64,000 nucleotides of DNA from Patescibacteria group bacterium (GTDB lineage Bacteria; Patescibacteriota; Patescibacteriia; Magasanikbacterales; GWA2-37-8), in the NCBI GenBank assembly GCA_004321885.1, contig SCQK01000014.1, positions 95,464-159,463 on the forward strand, written 5' to 3'. The stretch's first letter is position 1, and each line of letters starts with the position of its first letter. The translations under genes and the position numbers were made by a program. The notes beneath the pieces were generated by a model. That model ran no database searches. It was not told the DNA's origin and saw nothing but the letters and a program-made list of their open reading frames with translations. Shown here one piece after another: positions 16,891 through 26,117 of the stretch.

Positions 16891-17811
16891 ATGCAAGCCC
16901 AAAGCTATCTGTTAATCGTATTCGCCGGTATTATTATCGGTTTTTTGATATTTGACCTGGGTTTTCTAAATCGTCAAAGCCACAAAATTGAATTCAAGCC
17001 CGCTTTACTTCAGTCCATTTTTTGGATCGCGGTCGCCCTTATTTTCGGGCTTTTGATTTTAAGATTCATGGACCAAACCCTGGCCGCGGAATTTTTCAGC
17101 GCCTATGTCACCGAAAAAATGCTGTCCGTGGACAATCTGTTCGTGATGATGCTCATATTCAGCTATTTCGGTCTGGAAGAAAAGTACCACCACAAGGCGC
17201 TGTTTTGGGGAATAATGGGAGCCATCATTTTTCGCGGCATTTTTATCAGCGCCGGCTCTTTCATCGTCGGCCAGTTTCATTGGGTGCTTTACATTTTTGG
17301 CGCGATTTTAATTTACACGGCCTTCAAAATTTTGAAAGACAAAAAAGAAGAGCATATTGATTTCAGCCGCAACAAAGTTATCAGGCTGGCGCGCAAATAT
17401 CTGCCCTTCACCGCCAGCCATCACGGGGGCAAATTTTTCTTCAGAGAAAAAGGCAAATTTTTCTTCACCTCGCTGTTTTTGGTGGTACTGCTCGTGGAAG
17501 CCACCGACATAATTTTCGCCGTTGATTCCATTCCGGCCGTGTTCGCCATATCGCAAAATTTATTCATCGTGTTCACCTCCAACATTTTCGCCATCATGGG
17601 TTTGCGCGCCCTTTTCTTCCTCATAGAAAACGTCTTGCACCAATTTCACCACCTGCAAAAGGGACTGTCCTTTATTTTATTTTTCATCGGCGCTAAAATG
17701 CTTTCCGGCATTTTCGGTCTGCACATCTCTTCGCTTATCTCTTTTGGCATAATCATGTTAGCCCTCGCTTTATCCATAATTCTCTCGGTTGTGTTCCCGA
17801 AAAAGATTTGA
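16891..17811 (+). CDS. TerC/Alx-family integral membrane protein
   Basis: Multiple TM helices with the TerC signature EKMLSVDNLFVMMLIF and a repeated second half. Confidence 0.8.
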   Translation: MQAQSYLLIVFAGIIIGFLIFDLGFLNRQSHKIEFKPALLQSIFWIAVALIFGLLILRFMDQTLAAEFFSAYVTEKMLSVDNLFVMMLIFSYFGLEEKYHHKALFWGIMGAIIFRGIFISAGSFIVGQFHWVLYIFGAILIYTAFKILKDKKEEHIDFSRNKVIRLARKYLPFTASHHGGKFFFREKGKFFFTSLFLVVLLVEATDIIFAVDSIPAVFAISQNLFIVFTSNIFAIMGLRALFFLIENVLHQFHHLQKGLSFILFFIGAKMLSGIFGLHISSLISFGIIMLALALSIILSVVFPKKI

Positions 17812-17919
17812 CCGCCCCGGCTTGATTATTTCGCCCTTTTGTGGTATACTGTTGGCATACCTTAATAGAAATGTCGTCAATTTCTGTTCGGTATATTTTA
17901 TTCACCAGAGAACATTTCT

Positions 17920-18120
17920 ATGAAAGGCACCATCAAGACCATCATTGCCGAGAAGAATTTTGGCTTTATCACGCCCGAAGACGGCGCCAAAGACATCTTC
18001 TTTCACGCCACTTCTTTAAGCGGCGTTGAATTCAGCCAGTTAAAGACCGGCGATGCCGTAAACTTTGATGTGGAAGAATCGGAAAAAGGCCCGCGCGCGG
18101 CCAATGTCACGTTAGCTTAA
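17920..18120 (+). CDS. Cold-shock protein (CspA family)
   Basis: GTIKTIIAEKNFGFITPEDGAKDIFFHATSL...GDAVNFDVEESEKGPRAANV has the RNP1/RNP2 cold-shock domain. Confidence 0.92.
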   Translation: MKGTIKTIIAEKNFGFITPEDGAKDIFFHATSLSGVEFSQLKTGDAVNFDVEESEKGPRAANVTLA

Positions 18121-18133
18121 CATCAAAAAAAAC

Positions 18134-18171
18134 AAACCCTGCGCCGACAAAGCGCGGGGTTTTGTTTTTTT
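18134..18171 (+). terminator. Rho-independent terminator after csp
   Basis: ACCCTGCGC-CGACAAA-GCGCGGGGT hairpin followed by TTTGTTTTTTT. Confidence 0.8.
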
Positions 18172-18270
18172 GAAAAATTGTGCTATACTATTTAGGGCCT
18201 GTCGCCGGATACGCTTTCGTGACGAAATGGTATTCGGCGACAGGCCCATTTATGAAGAAGAATCATTTGT

Positions 18271-19110
18271 ATGAAAAAAATCATTGTCTCTTTGCTCGTG
18301 CTGGGAATCGCGGTTTTGGGTTTTGTGTTGTTCAGGGAATTTAGAAAAAATTTCGGGCGCGTGGCCGGGCCCGCGGGACAGACCGGCGAAACCGCCGGGC
18401 CCGAGGCAGGGGCCTACAAAATTTCCGACGCCGCGCTTAAAGAAGACAGCGCGCGTTATGTTATCATCGCCAAGTATCCGCGCCTCTTGGGCTTGTCGCC
18501 TGCGGCCGACAAAAATTTCAATGACGCGATGTTGGCCTTAATCAATCAGAATGTCAGCGATTTTAAGAAAAATGTGGCCGAAACGCCCGACACGCAGGTA
18601 AACAGCAGTCTGGAAACCAACTTTGACATCGTGGAAGAAAATGAAAATTTTGTCAGCATTCTTTTGATTGTTGATTCGTACGTGGCAGGCGCGGCTCATC
18701 CCGCGCGCCGTCTGGCCAGCTTTAATTTTGATTTGGAAAAAGGCGCGGTGTTTGGGCTCAAAGATGTTTTCAAATCCGGCGCGCCATATTTGGAACGGCT
18801 GTCGCAATTCGCGCGCGCCGAGCTTTTAGAGTCCAACAAACAGGAGCCGTTTACCGACGAAGCCACCATCAACGCCGGCACCGAGCCGAAAGAGGAAAAC
18901 TTTCAGGTGATAAATTTTTCCGCGGCTGGCATTGCGATAGTTTTTAATGAATATCAGGTGGCGGCCTACGCGGCCGGGCCGCAAATGGTGGAGATTGATT
19001 ACGAAAGCGTGAAGGATATTTTGAACGAAGAAGGCCCGCTGGCGCTGTTTTTAGCCAAGACCGAGGAGGAAGCGGAGCCGTCGCTGGATTCAGGGTCAAG
19101 CCCGGAATGA
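18271..19110 (+). CDS. Membrane-anchored DUF4163/DUF3298-like (RsiV-like) domain protein
   Basis: N-terminal TM; YQVAAYAAGP and surrounding pattern typical of DUF3298. C-terminal residues SGSSPE plus stop TGA are encoded by a partial family-B repeat. Confidence 0.5.
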   Translation: MKKIIVSLLVLGIAVLGFVLFREFRKNFGRVAGPAGQTGETAGPEAGAYKISDAALKEDSARYVIIAKYPRLLGLSPAADKNFNDAMLALINQNVSDFKKNVAETPDTQVNSSLETNFDIVEENENFVSILLIVDSYVAGAAHPARRLASFNFDLEKGAVFGLKDVFKSGAPYLERLSQFARAELLESNKQEPFTDEATINAGTEPKEENFQVINFSAAGIAIVFNEYQVAAYAAGPQMVEIDYESVKDILNEEGPLALFLAKTEEEAEPSLDSGSSPE

Positions 19111-19139
19111 CAATAAAAATATTTTTTAATAAATAAACT

Positions 19140-19170
19140 GGATTTTCCCGACTTAGTCGGGGGAATGACA
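19140..19170. repeat. Family-B repeat 5 nt upstream of M4 peptidase start
   Basis: GGATTTTCCCGACTTAGTCGGGGGAATGACA; partial copy at 19096..19115 supplies the stop of the upstream gene. Confidence 0.85.
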
Positions 19171-19175
19171 AGTGT

Positions 19176-22052
19176 ATGCCTAAGAGAAAAAAGAGGGATA
19201 GACGCGTAAGGTACGCGTTTTTGGCGATAGTTTTGTGTTTGGCCGCGGGCGGTGCCGGCGCGGCCGTGTATTTAACATCAAAGGCCAGTTCGGCGAATTT
19301 TAGCGCGCAAATTTACGGCGCGGTTTCGCCGCGATTAAACGTTATAGACGTGGATTTTTTGCGCGACAATAATTTGAAGTTCACGCAGGACAAAAAAACC
19401 AATTTCGTGCGCTCGCTTTCGGCCCTGGGCCAGCCCATTCCTTTAAGCAAAGGAAATTTGGTCAGCGACTTGGCGGTCAGCAATCAATTTTTGAAAGACT
19501 ACGCGCGCTTTTTCGGAGTGGGCGACAGCAAACAACTCATACTGCATTCGTCCAAGAAAGACGAGCTGGGGCTAAGTCACATAAAATACCAGCAAAAAAT
19601 CGGCGGGGTGCCGGTGTTTGGCGCACAGATGCTGGTGCACGTAAAAGAGGACCTGTCCGTCAATTCAGCGGCCGGCAAACTATTGGCCAATGTTTCCATC
19701 AATACCAATCCCAAAATCACGGGGCGCGCGGCCGGCGACGCGGTGAAGCGTTCGTGGCAAAAGAGCGACAAGGCGCCCAAAGTTTCGGCGGGCAAGCTGT
19801 ATATTTTCAACAAGAACCTTTTGGACGCTCGGTTTGAAAATAAAAATCATCTAACCTGGGAGATAAAGGCCGTGGACGCGGATTCGGGCTTTTCCGAAAC
19901 CTATTACATAGACGCAACCAGCGGAGCAATTTTGCAGAAAATTTCCAATGTCAAACAGATTAGCCGTCGGATTTTTAATTGCGGCAACAATCGCAACCGT
20001 ACTACCTGCCGAAACATGCTGGGCGCCGCGGCCAGCCGGGCGCAAAACGACCGGGCCGAGGGCTGGGCCGCCGCGGGCGTGGCCGAGGTTGACAACGTCT
20101 ATCAAATGATGAACCAGGCGCATAATTATTTTCAAAACACCTTTGGCATAGACGGCGCCAACGGCCGCGACGGCATTGGCGACAACACCGACGGCCATCC
20201 GCGCACCTCCACCGACGTTTATGCTGATTGGCTTATCCCCGCCAGCTGGGGTTTTAATTGTCCCAATTCTTTCTTTTTCGAAAACAAGCTGATGTTCTGC
20301 AACAACACGGTCAATCTGCCGGTGGTGGGACACGAATACATGCACGGCGTGGCGCACTTCAACGGCCCGCCCCTCACTTACGCCTACGAGTCCGGCGCCA
20401 TTGAAGAGGCCAATGCCGACATCTTTGGCCAGGCCCTGGAAAATGCCGTGACCGGCTCTTCCAGCTGGCGCATCGGCCCCACTGGCGGAAATCTGTGGCG
20501 CAATATCGTCAATCCCGCTTCGCTCAATGACCCGGACCGGTTTTACAGCAACAATTTTTATTGCGGAGATAATGACGAGGGCGGGGTGCACAACAATTCC
20601 AATGTCATTTCACACGCCGCGTATTTGCTTGCCACCGGCGGCAGTTTCAACGGCTGTTCCATAGACAGCATCGGCCAAAACAGAATGGAAAGAATTTTCT
20701 ACCGCGCCCTGACAGTTTACCTCACGGCCAGTTCGGATTTCAATGATTTGTACGACGCGCTGGACAATGCCTGCGGCGACCTGTATTCCGACGCGATTTG
20801 CGCGCAAGTGCGCCGCGCCTTGCAGGCCGCGGAAATAGACCAGCCCGGGCGATGCAGCGGCACAGCGGCCGCGCCCAAGCCAACCTGTTTTCCGCCGTAT
20901 ATTCTTTCGGTGTCGGCGAATGCCGGGCATTATCGGGCCAATCAAAGTATTACATTGAGGTTTAAGTTTTCCAAGCCCGTGCGCACGGCCGGCGCCGTGG
21001 ATGTGTTCGCGGTCTTAAACGGCCGCACGGCCGAAAAAATTTGCTCCCTTGATTTGAGCTCGCGCGCCGACGACGTGTCATGCTCGTTTAAGGTAAATGA
21101 CGGCGACAGCGGCCGTCTGCGCGTGGACAGAATTGAGTGGGATGTCAAGAGGCCGATTTTGGACGCTGATTCAAGCGAGCTTACCGATATGGTGCCGGCC
21201 GAGCAGTTTCCCAAGGGCGACGTGATTATAGACACCGCCAAGCCAACCGGAAGCGTTACCATCAATAGCGGGGCTAAAACCACGGCCAGCCATATAGTGG
21301 AGCTGGCGCTAAGTTCAAACGACGACAAAGCCGGGTTGCTATACCGCGTTTCCAACAACGGCGTCAGTTACAGCCGTTGGGATGATTTTGCGGCAACGAC
21401 GTCGTGGAATTTGTACAACGCGGACGCGGGCGGCGGGGTGTTTCCCACCACCAACAGTGGATATCCGCGCACGGTTTATGTTCAGTTCAAAGACCAGGCC
21501 GGCAATGTTTCCGACACGTATTCGGCCAATATCACCTTTAGCCGGCTGACGATTTTAATAGAAGAGCCGGCGCAACTTGCGGTTCCAACTTCATCACAGC
21601 CGAATGGCGCGAATCTCCTACTCAATATTCCCCCCAGCGCCCTGACCATCCCCGGCGTCAATGTTACAGTTACGCAGACAAGCGCGGTGGTTCTGCCGCA
21701 GATTTCCACGACCACTGTCAATTTGAATCCGGCGATTTCTTCTTCGCTTATTGATGTTGTCAGTGTTCCGGATTTCACGATTTCCGTAAAGCAGGGCGGG
21801 CTGACAACATATTTGAGCGGCGCCATAAATTATTGGGGCAAGGGGGCAAAATGCGAGGGCCCGCGAACTTATGACGCGGTAGTAGCGAACTGGGGCGATG
21901 GCGCATCAGCCAAGCCCGCGCGCAAGGATAAAACATTCTATGCTTCGCATACTTACGCCAAGACCTTTGGCTCGTACAAGATTTTGGTAAAGGTTTACAA
22001 CAGTTGCGGTGGCAGCGCGAGCAAATCTTTGTACGTAAAGCCGCAGATATAA
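19176..22052 (+). CDS. Large membrane-anchored thermolysin-like (M4) zinc metallopeptidase with long C-terminal beta-rich extension
   Basis: HEXXH as VVGHEYMHGV; downstream EGGVHNNSNVISHAAYLL matches the thermolysin GGVHxNSGIxNKAAY active-site His region. N-terminal TM; 958 aa. Confidence 0.7.
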   Translation: MPKRKKRDRRVRYAFLAIVLCLAAGGAGAAVYLTSKASSANFSAQIYGAVSPRLNVIDVDFLRDNNLKFTQDKKTNFVRSLSALGQPIPLSKGNLVSDLAVSNQFLKDYARFFGVGDSKQLILHSSKKDELGLSHIKYQQKIGGVPVFGAQMLVHVKEDLSVNSAAGKLLANVSINTNPKITGRAAGDAVKRSWQKSDKAPKVSAGKLYIFNKNLLDARFENKNHLTWEIKAVDADSGFSETYYIDATSGAILQKISNVKQISRRIFNCGNNRNRTTCRNMLGAAASRAQNDRAEGWAAAGVAEVDNVYQMMNQAHNYFQNTFGIDGANGRDGIGDNTDGHPRTSTDVYADWLIPASWGFNCPNSFFFENKLMFCNNTVNLPVVGHEYMHGVAHFNGPPLTYAYESGAIEEANADIFGQALENAVTGSSSWRIGPTGGNLWRNIVNPASLNDPDRFYSNNFYCGDNDEGGVHNNSNVISHAAYLLATGGSFNGCSIDSIGQNRMERIFYRALTVYLTASSDFNDLYDALDNACGDLYSDAICAQVRRALQAAEIDQPGRCSGTAAAPKPTCFPPYILSVSANAGHYRANQSITLRFKFSKPVRTAGAVDVFAVLNGRTAEKICSLDLSSRADDVSCSFKVNDGDSGRLRVDRIEWDVKRPILDADSSELTDMVPAEQFPKGDVIIDTAKPTGSVTINSGAKTTASHIVELALSSNDDKAGLLYRVSNNGVSYSRWDDFAATTSWNLYNADAGGGVFPTTNSGYPRTVYVQFKDQAGNVSDTYSANITFSRLTILIEEPAQLAVPTSSQPNGANLLLNIPPSALTIPGVNVTVTQTSAVVLPQISTTTVNLNPAISSSLIDVVSVPDFTISVKQGGLTTYLSGAINYWGKGAKCEGPRTYDAVVANWGDGASAKPARKDKTFYASHTYAKTFGSYKILVKVYNSCGGSASKSLYVKPQI

Positions 22053-22063
22053 CGAGTAAAAAA

Positions 22064-22096
22064 ACAAGGCCTTGGGATAATCCCCAAGGCCTTTTG
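22064..22096 (+). terminator. Rho-independent terminator after M4 peptidase
   Basis: AAGGCCTTGGG-ATAAT-CCCCAAGGCCTT + TTTGG. Followed by a second hairpin GGCCGCCCCGC..GCGGGGCGGCC serving the convergent minus-strand gene. Confidence 0.65.
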
Positions 22097-22163
22097 GTTG
22101 TGCCTGCCCGTGGCAGGCAGGGGCCGCCCCGCGTGAAGAAGCGGGGCGGCCATGAGGCGCTGG

Positions 22164-22856
22164 TCAGGTACAACCCGGGATCGGGTTGTTTTTGCACCCG
22201 ATGCTGGGAATGCACTCGTTGGTGGTGCAGGCATTCCCATCATCGCAGAAGTCCGGACAAGAGCCGCAACTTCCGGCGATACTGGTCCAGGTGCAAAATC
22301 CGTTGACGCACCCGACTTGGGTACACCCCACGTAGTAGTTGACGCATGGGGTCGTCGGGAGCGAACAAGCGACCTTGGCGCAAGCGCCTGACACACAGTG
22401 CAGCCCCTTGTTACAGAAGCTGTTGTTGCCGCTACACTTGCCGCTGGGCAGGCAGTTGTAGCACCGCGCGCCCTCGGAGCCCTGGGCCGGCTGGACATCG
22501 GGCTTGACCACGATGCTGTCCGGCGGCGGTTTCTTGTCTGGCGCCGGCTTGTCCGGCAGTGGCTTAGTGTCGTGCGTCGGCTTGGTGTCTGGCGTGCCCT
22601 TGTCCGGGCCAAGGTCCGCGCCCAGCTCGCGGCCTGCTTCACGCTTCGGCGTGAACGCGTCAGCCGCCATGTCGGGCATGCCGCCCTCCACGCTGGCTGC
22701 GCTGTCTTGCCAGCTGTCAGCGACAGCGGCGTCAATGCCGCTGTCCAGCCGGTTCTTGTCGGCCTGGGCGTCCACCGACGCCGCCGGGTTGTAGCCAAAG
22801 AGCAGGTGGCACCCGCCGGCGCCCAGCGCCAGCATTGCGATGAAAAGAGCCTTCAT
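22164..22856 (-). CDS. Cys-rich secreted lipoprotein with Pro/Lys/Asp linker and myxococcal-type cysteine-rich repeats; very GC-rich
   Basis: Signal peptide with lipobox-like LGAGGC; PDKPAPDKKPPPD linker; 21 Cys in the C-terminal half including CDDGNACTTNEC (cf. the CDDGNxCTxDxC repeat). Local GC well above surroundings, which generates spurious overlapping ORFs in other frames. Confidence 0.6.
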   Translation of the reverse strand: MKALFIAMLALGAGGCHLLFGYNPAASVDAQADKNRLDSGIDAAVADSWQDSAASVEGGMPDMAADAFTPKREAGRELGADLGPDKGTPDTKPTHDTKPLPDKPAPDKKPPPDSIVVKPDVQPAQGSEGARCYNCLPSGKCSGNNSFCNKGLHCVSGACAKVACSLPTTPCVNYYVGCTQVGCVNGFCTWTSIAGSCGSCPDFCDDGNACTTNECIPSIGCKNNPIPGCT

Positions 22857-23055
22857 GTTCTCTCCTTTTCTTGAAGCGCCCTATCCATAAGGACGCTTGT
22901 TTGTTTTTGTCAAGTTTTGCCTATTTTGGCCAAAACTCGGGCGTATCATATCTTGCGCCTGGCCAAAAAACAAGCAGAACCTATTATTTAATACACAAAA
23001 AGCGAGAGTTGTCAACCTTGCGCCAATATGGTAAATATGGTAAAATTGTTGGCGA

Positions 23056-23084
23056 TGGATTCCGGCTCGGGGGCCGGAATGACA
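23056..23084. repeat. Family-B repeat upstream of PAP2 gene
   Basis: TGGATTCCGGCTCGGGGGCCGGAATGACA. Confidence 0.85.
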
Positions 23085-23093
23085 CGACTGGTT

Positions 23094-23630
23094 ATGTTTG
23101 AAAAAATTGTTCAGTTGGATAAATATCTAAATCAGGAGTTCGTCGGTTCCGGCGGAAAATTTTTGCAGGGATTGGGAATTTTTATTGATTCGGCTTCGGG
23201 CATGGTTGTTTTTGGCGTCATCGGCCTAATCGCGGCGCTGTATTTTTGCAAAACAAAAAAATGGCGCGAGCTGGCCTTGTTTTTCGCGGCCGGGGCCGGC
23301 GCGGTTTTTTGGGAATTATTTTTGAAATGGGTTTTTGGCCGGCCGCGCCCGGGCGCGCTGTCGCCGACCGATGGTTTTAGTTTCCCCAGCGGGCACGCGA
23401 CTGTTTCCCTGGCTGTCTTTGGCGCTATAATATATTTGTTTGCTCCGCGCATAAAAAATAAAAATTGGCGCAAGATTTTTATCGGCGCTTGCGCTCTGTT
23501 TATTCTTCTCATCGGCGTCAGCCGCGTGTATCTGGGGGTGCATTGGTTTAGCGATGTAGTGGCCGGCTTTGCTCTCGGTTTAGTTTGGCTTTGGCTGGTA
23601 ATTTTTGGCTTCAAACGATTTTGGCGATAG
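23094..23630 (+). CDS. PAP2-family phosphatase (undecaprenyl-diphosphatase/phosphatidate phosphatase type)
   Basis: KWVFGRPRP, PSGHA and SRVYLGVHWFSDV are the three PAP2 motifs. The ORF-track N-terminal extension (from 23028) is encoded by a family-B repeat. Confidence 0.85.
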   Translation: MFEKIVQLDKYLNQEFVGSGGKFLQGLGIFIDSASGMVVFGVIGLIAALYFCKTKKWRELALFFAAGAGAVFWELFLKWVFGRPRPGALSPTDGFSFPSGHATVSLAVFGAIIYLFAPRIKNKNWRKIFIGACALFILLIGVSRVYLGVHWFSDVVAGFALGLVWLWLVIFGFKRFWR

Positions 23631-23634
23631 TGAT

Positions 23635-23686
23635 ACCCCTCCCTTTAACCCTCCCCTTAATAAGGGGAGGGAGGGGTGGGGTTTGC
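23635..23686. repeat. Family-A hairpin repeat (intergenic)
   Basis: CCCTCCCCTTAATAAGGGGAGGG + AGGGGTGGGGTTTGC, then T-run. Confidence 0.85.
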
Positions 23687-23719
23687 TTTTTTAGGTTCGC
23701 GAGTATATTATAAAAATGT

Positions 23720-24829
23720 ATGGACGAGCAATTTTCCTACAAATTTTTTAATACCACCAGGACGGCCTGGGACGCGATGTACGCCGCCATTTCCCGCGCC
23801 CAAAAATCCATTTATTGGGAGGTGTATATTTTTGTTGACGATGCTTCGGGCGCGCGCTTCGTGGATTTGCTTTGCGAAAAAGCCCGGGCCGGTCTGGACG
23901 TAAAAATCGTGGTGGACGCGCTGGGTAGCAAAGGGCTTTCCAACTCGGGCATCAAGCGCCTGAAATCCAGCGGCGCGAAAGTGCTGGCGTTTCACCGCCT
24001 GGCGCCGGATTTTAATTTGCGCGGCTGGTGGAACGATGTCTGGCGCCGCACCCACCGCAAGGTGCTTATCATAGACAGCGCCGAGGCGTTTATCGGCGGG
24101 GTGAACGTGGAGCACGGCTCGGCCGAATGGGACGACCTGCTCTTGGAGCTGTCCGGAGAAAAAATCATCCGGCCGCTGGCGCGCGGATTCGCCAAAAGTT
24201 ATTTGCGTTCGGGCGGGGAGCGCAAAGACGTGCGCGAACTGCTGCACCCCAAAATCACGCGCGGCCTGGAAGAGTGGCGCGAGAAAATAAATTTTATTTT
24301 GCACTCGCCGGTAAAAGTAACGCGCCATTCGCCCCTGCAGAATTTTTACGCCAAGGCCCTGGGGGTGGCCAAAGAAAGTTTTAATTTGCTCACGCCCTAC
24401 TACGCGCCGGACCGGAATTTTTTGGAGCTGGTGTCGCGCGCGCGCAAGCGGGGAGTGAAAGTAAATATCATTATGCCCTGGCGCACCGACGTGAAGCTGA
24501 TGGAATATATGGCGCGCGCCCTGTATGGGGTTTCGGAAAAAGCCGGCGCCGCCTTTCATTTTTTGCGCAAAATGAATCACGGCAAGGCTGTTAGTGTTGA
24601 CAGCGCCCTGGGCATGGTAGGCAGCGCCAATCTCACCCCGCGCAGTTTATTTATGAACCAGGAAGCGGGCGTGGTTTTTTCCGATGCCAAAATGGTGGAC
24701 GAACTCAACCATATTTTGGACGACTGGAAAAGCCAGGCCGACCCGCTTTTGGAAGTGGGTTTCAAAAAGCGCGGCTGGGCCAAGCGGTTTAAGGATTGGT
24801 GGGTAAAAAGATTACGCGATTATGTCTAA
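23720..24829 (+). CDS. Phospholipase D-family protein (cardiolipin-synthase-like), two HKD motifs
   Basis: HRKVLIID and HGKAVSVD are HxK(x)4D motifs. Confidence 0.85.
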   Translation: MDEQFSYKFFNTTRTAWDAMYAAISRAQKSIYWEVYIFVDDASGARFVDLLCEKARAGLDVKIVVDALGSKGLSNSGIKRLKSSGAKVLAFHRLAPDFNLRGWWNDVWRRTHRKVLIIDSAEAFIGGVNVEHGSAEWDDLLLELSGEKIIRPLARGFAKSYLRSGGERKDVRELLHPKITRGLEEWREKINFILHSPVKVTRHSPLQNFYAKALGVAKESFNLLTPYYAPDRNFLELVSRARKRGVKVNIIMPWRTDVKLMEYMARALYGVSEKAGAAFHFLRKMNHGKAVSVDSALGMVGSANLTPRSLFMNQEAGVVFSDAKMVDELNHILDDWKSQADPLLEVGFKKRGWAKRFKDWWVKRLRDYV

Positions 24830-26039
24830 CGCGCCTTTGGCCGACCGCCTGCGCCCGCGCGATTTTTCCGAATTCGCGGGACAGTCGGAAATCGTCGGCC
24901 CGGACAAATTACTGCGCAAGCTGATAGAAAACGACGAGCTGTCGTCAATTATTTTTTGGGGCCCGCCGGGCACGGGCAAGACCACGTTGGCGCGCATTAT
25001 CGCCGGCGAAACCGCGGCGCGATTTGAAATGCTCTCGGCTGTGATGAGCGGCAAAGAGGAACTGCGCCGGATAATCGCCGAGGCGAAAAAATTGCTGGAG
25101 CAGGAAAAGCGCACCGTGCTGTTTGTGGATGAAATCCATCGTTGGAACAAGGCCCAGCAGGACGCGCTGCTGCCTTTCGTGGAAAACGGCACGATTATTT
25201 TAATCGGCGCCACGACCGAAAATCCGTCTTTTGAAATCATCGGCGCCCTCTTGTCGCGCTCGCGCGTTTTTATTTTGAAACATTTAAGTCGAGGGGATAT
25301 AATAAAGATAATTGAACGGGCTCTAACCGACGAAGACAGGGGATTGGGTAGATTAAAAATAAAAATGCCGGACGAGACGAAGGAATTACTGGCCGAGCTG
25401 TCGGGCGGCGATGCGCGCGTGGCCCTAAACGGTTTGGAGCTGGCGGCCAAGGCGATGGGGAATAAAAAATCCATTCTCGGCGAGGACATCAAAGAAGCCC
25501 TGCAACGCACGCATCTCATTTTTGACAAAAGGGGAGAGGAGTTTTACAATTTAATATCAGCCCTGCACAAATCCATGCGCGGGTCTGACGCCAACGCGGC
25601 GTTGTACTGGCTGGCGCGCATGCTGGAAGGCGGGGCCGATCCGCTCTACGTGGCGCGCCGGGTACTACGTTTTGCCAGCGAAGACATTGGCATGGCCAAC
25701 AGCGAAGCCCTGGTGCAGGCCAATGCGGCCTATGACGCCTGCCACAAAATCGGCATGCCAGAGTGCGCGGTGCATCTGGCCCAGGCCGTTGTTTATTGCG
25801 CCAAGTCCACAAAATCAAATTTGCTCTATGTCGGTTACGGACGGGCGGCGTCTGACGCGCGCCAGACATCGCATTTGGGCGTGCCCCTGCACTTGCGCAA
25901 CGCCCCCACTGATTTTATGAAAGATATCGGTTACGGCAAGGATTATAAATATTCCCCCGAATTCGACTATAAAGAAAAGCAGGAGTATATGCCGAAAGAA
26001 TTAAAGGGGAGAAATTATTTAAAATTCAATTCCCAATGA
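24822..26039 (+). CDS. rarA: Replication-associated recombination protein A (AAA+ ATPase)
   Basis: [12 protein letters not shown]..., Walker [12 protein letters not shown], Walker B LFVDEIHR, MgsA C-terminal domain. Confidence 0.9.
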   Translation: MSNAPLADRLRPRDFSEFAGQSEIVGPDKLLRKLIENDELSSIIFWGPPGTGKTTLARIIAGETAARFEMLSAVMSGKEELRRIIAEAKKLLEQEKRTVLFVDEIHRWNKAQQDALLPFVENGTIILIGATTENPSFEIIGALLSRSRVFILKHLSRGDIIKIIERALTDEDRGLGRLKIKMPDETKELLAELSGGDARVALNGLELAAKAMGNKKSILGEDIKEALQRTHLIFDKRGEEFYNLISALHKSMRGSDANAALYWLARMLEGGADPLYVARRVLRFASEDIGMANSEALVQANAAYDACHKIGMPECAVHLAQAVVYCAKSTKSNLLYVGYGRAASDARQTSHLGVPLHLRNAPTDFMKDIGYGKDYKYSPEFDYKEKQEYMPKELKGRNYLKFNSQ

Positions 26040-26110
26040 CCAATGTCCAATCAATTTCCAAGTTTCAATGTTCAAAACGGACATTGGAAATTGTGATTTG
26101 GAAATTTAAA
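26037..26110. promoter_or_regulatory. AT-rich intergenic motif block (CCAATGTC...GACATTGG inverted repeat plus TTGGAAATT repeats) upstream of queH
   Basis: Shares GGACATTGgAAATTG..TTTGGAAATTT with 30630..30692; see finding. Confidence 0.4.
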
Positions 26111-26117
26111 AAATTTT

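Noticed and set aside
17022-17624. ORFs overlapping TerC gene in other frames
   Set aside because: Embedded in a membrane-protein gene with a clear family signature.
21995-22874. Long overlapping ORFs 21995..22798(-), 22398..22874(+) and 22504..22794(+)
   Set aside because: Arise from extreme local GC (few stop codons). Translations are Arg/Ala/Thr/Pro low-complexity. The 22164..22856(-) frame has a signal peptide and an ordered Cys-repeat architecture.
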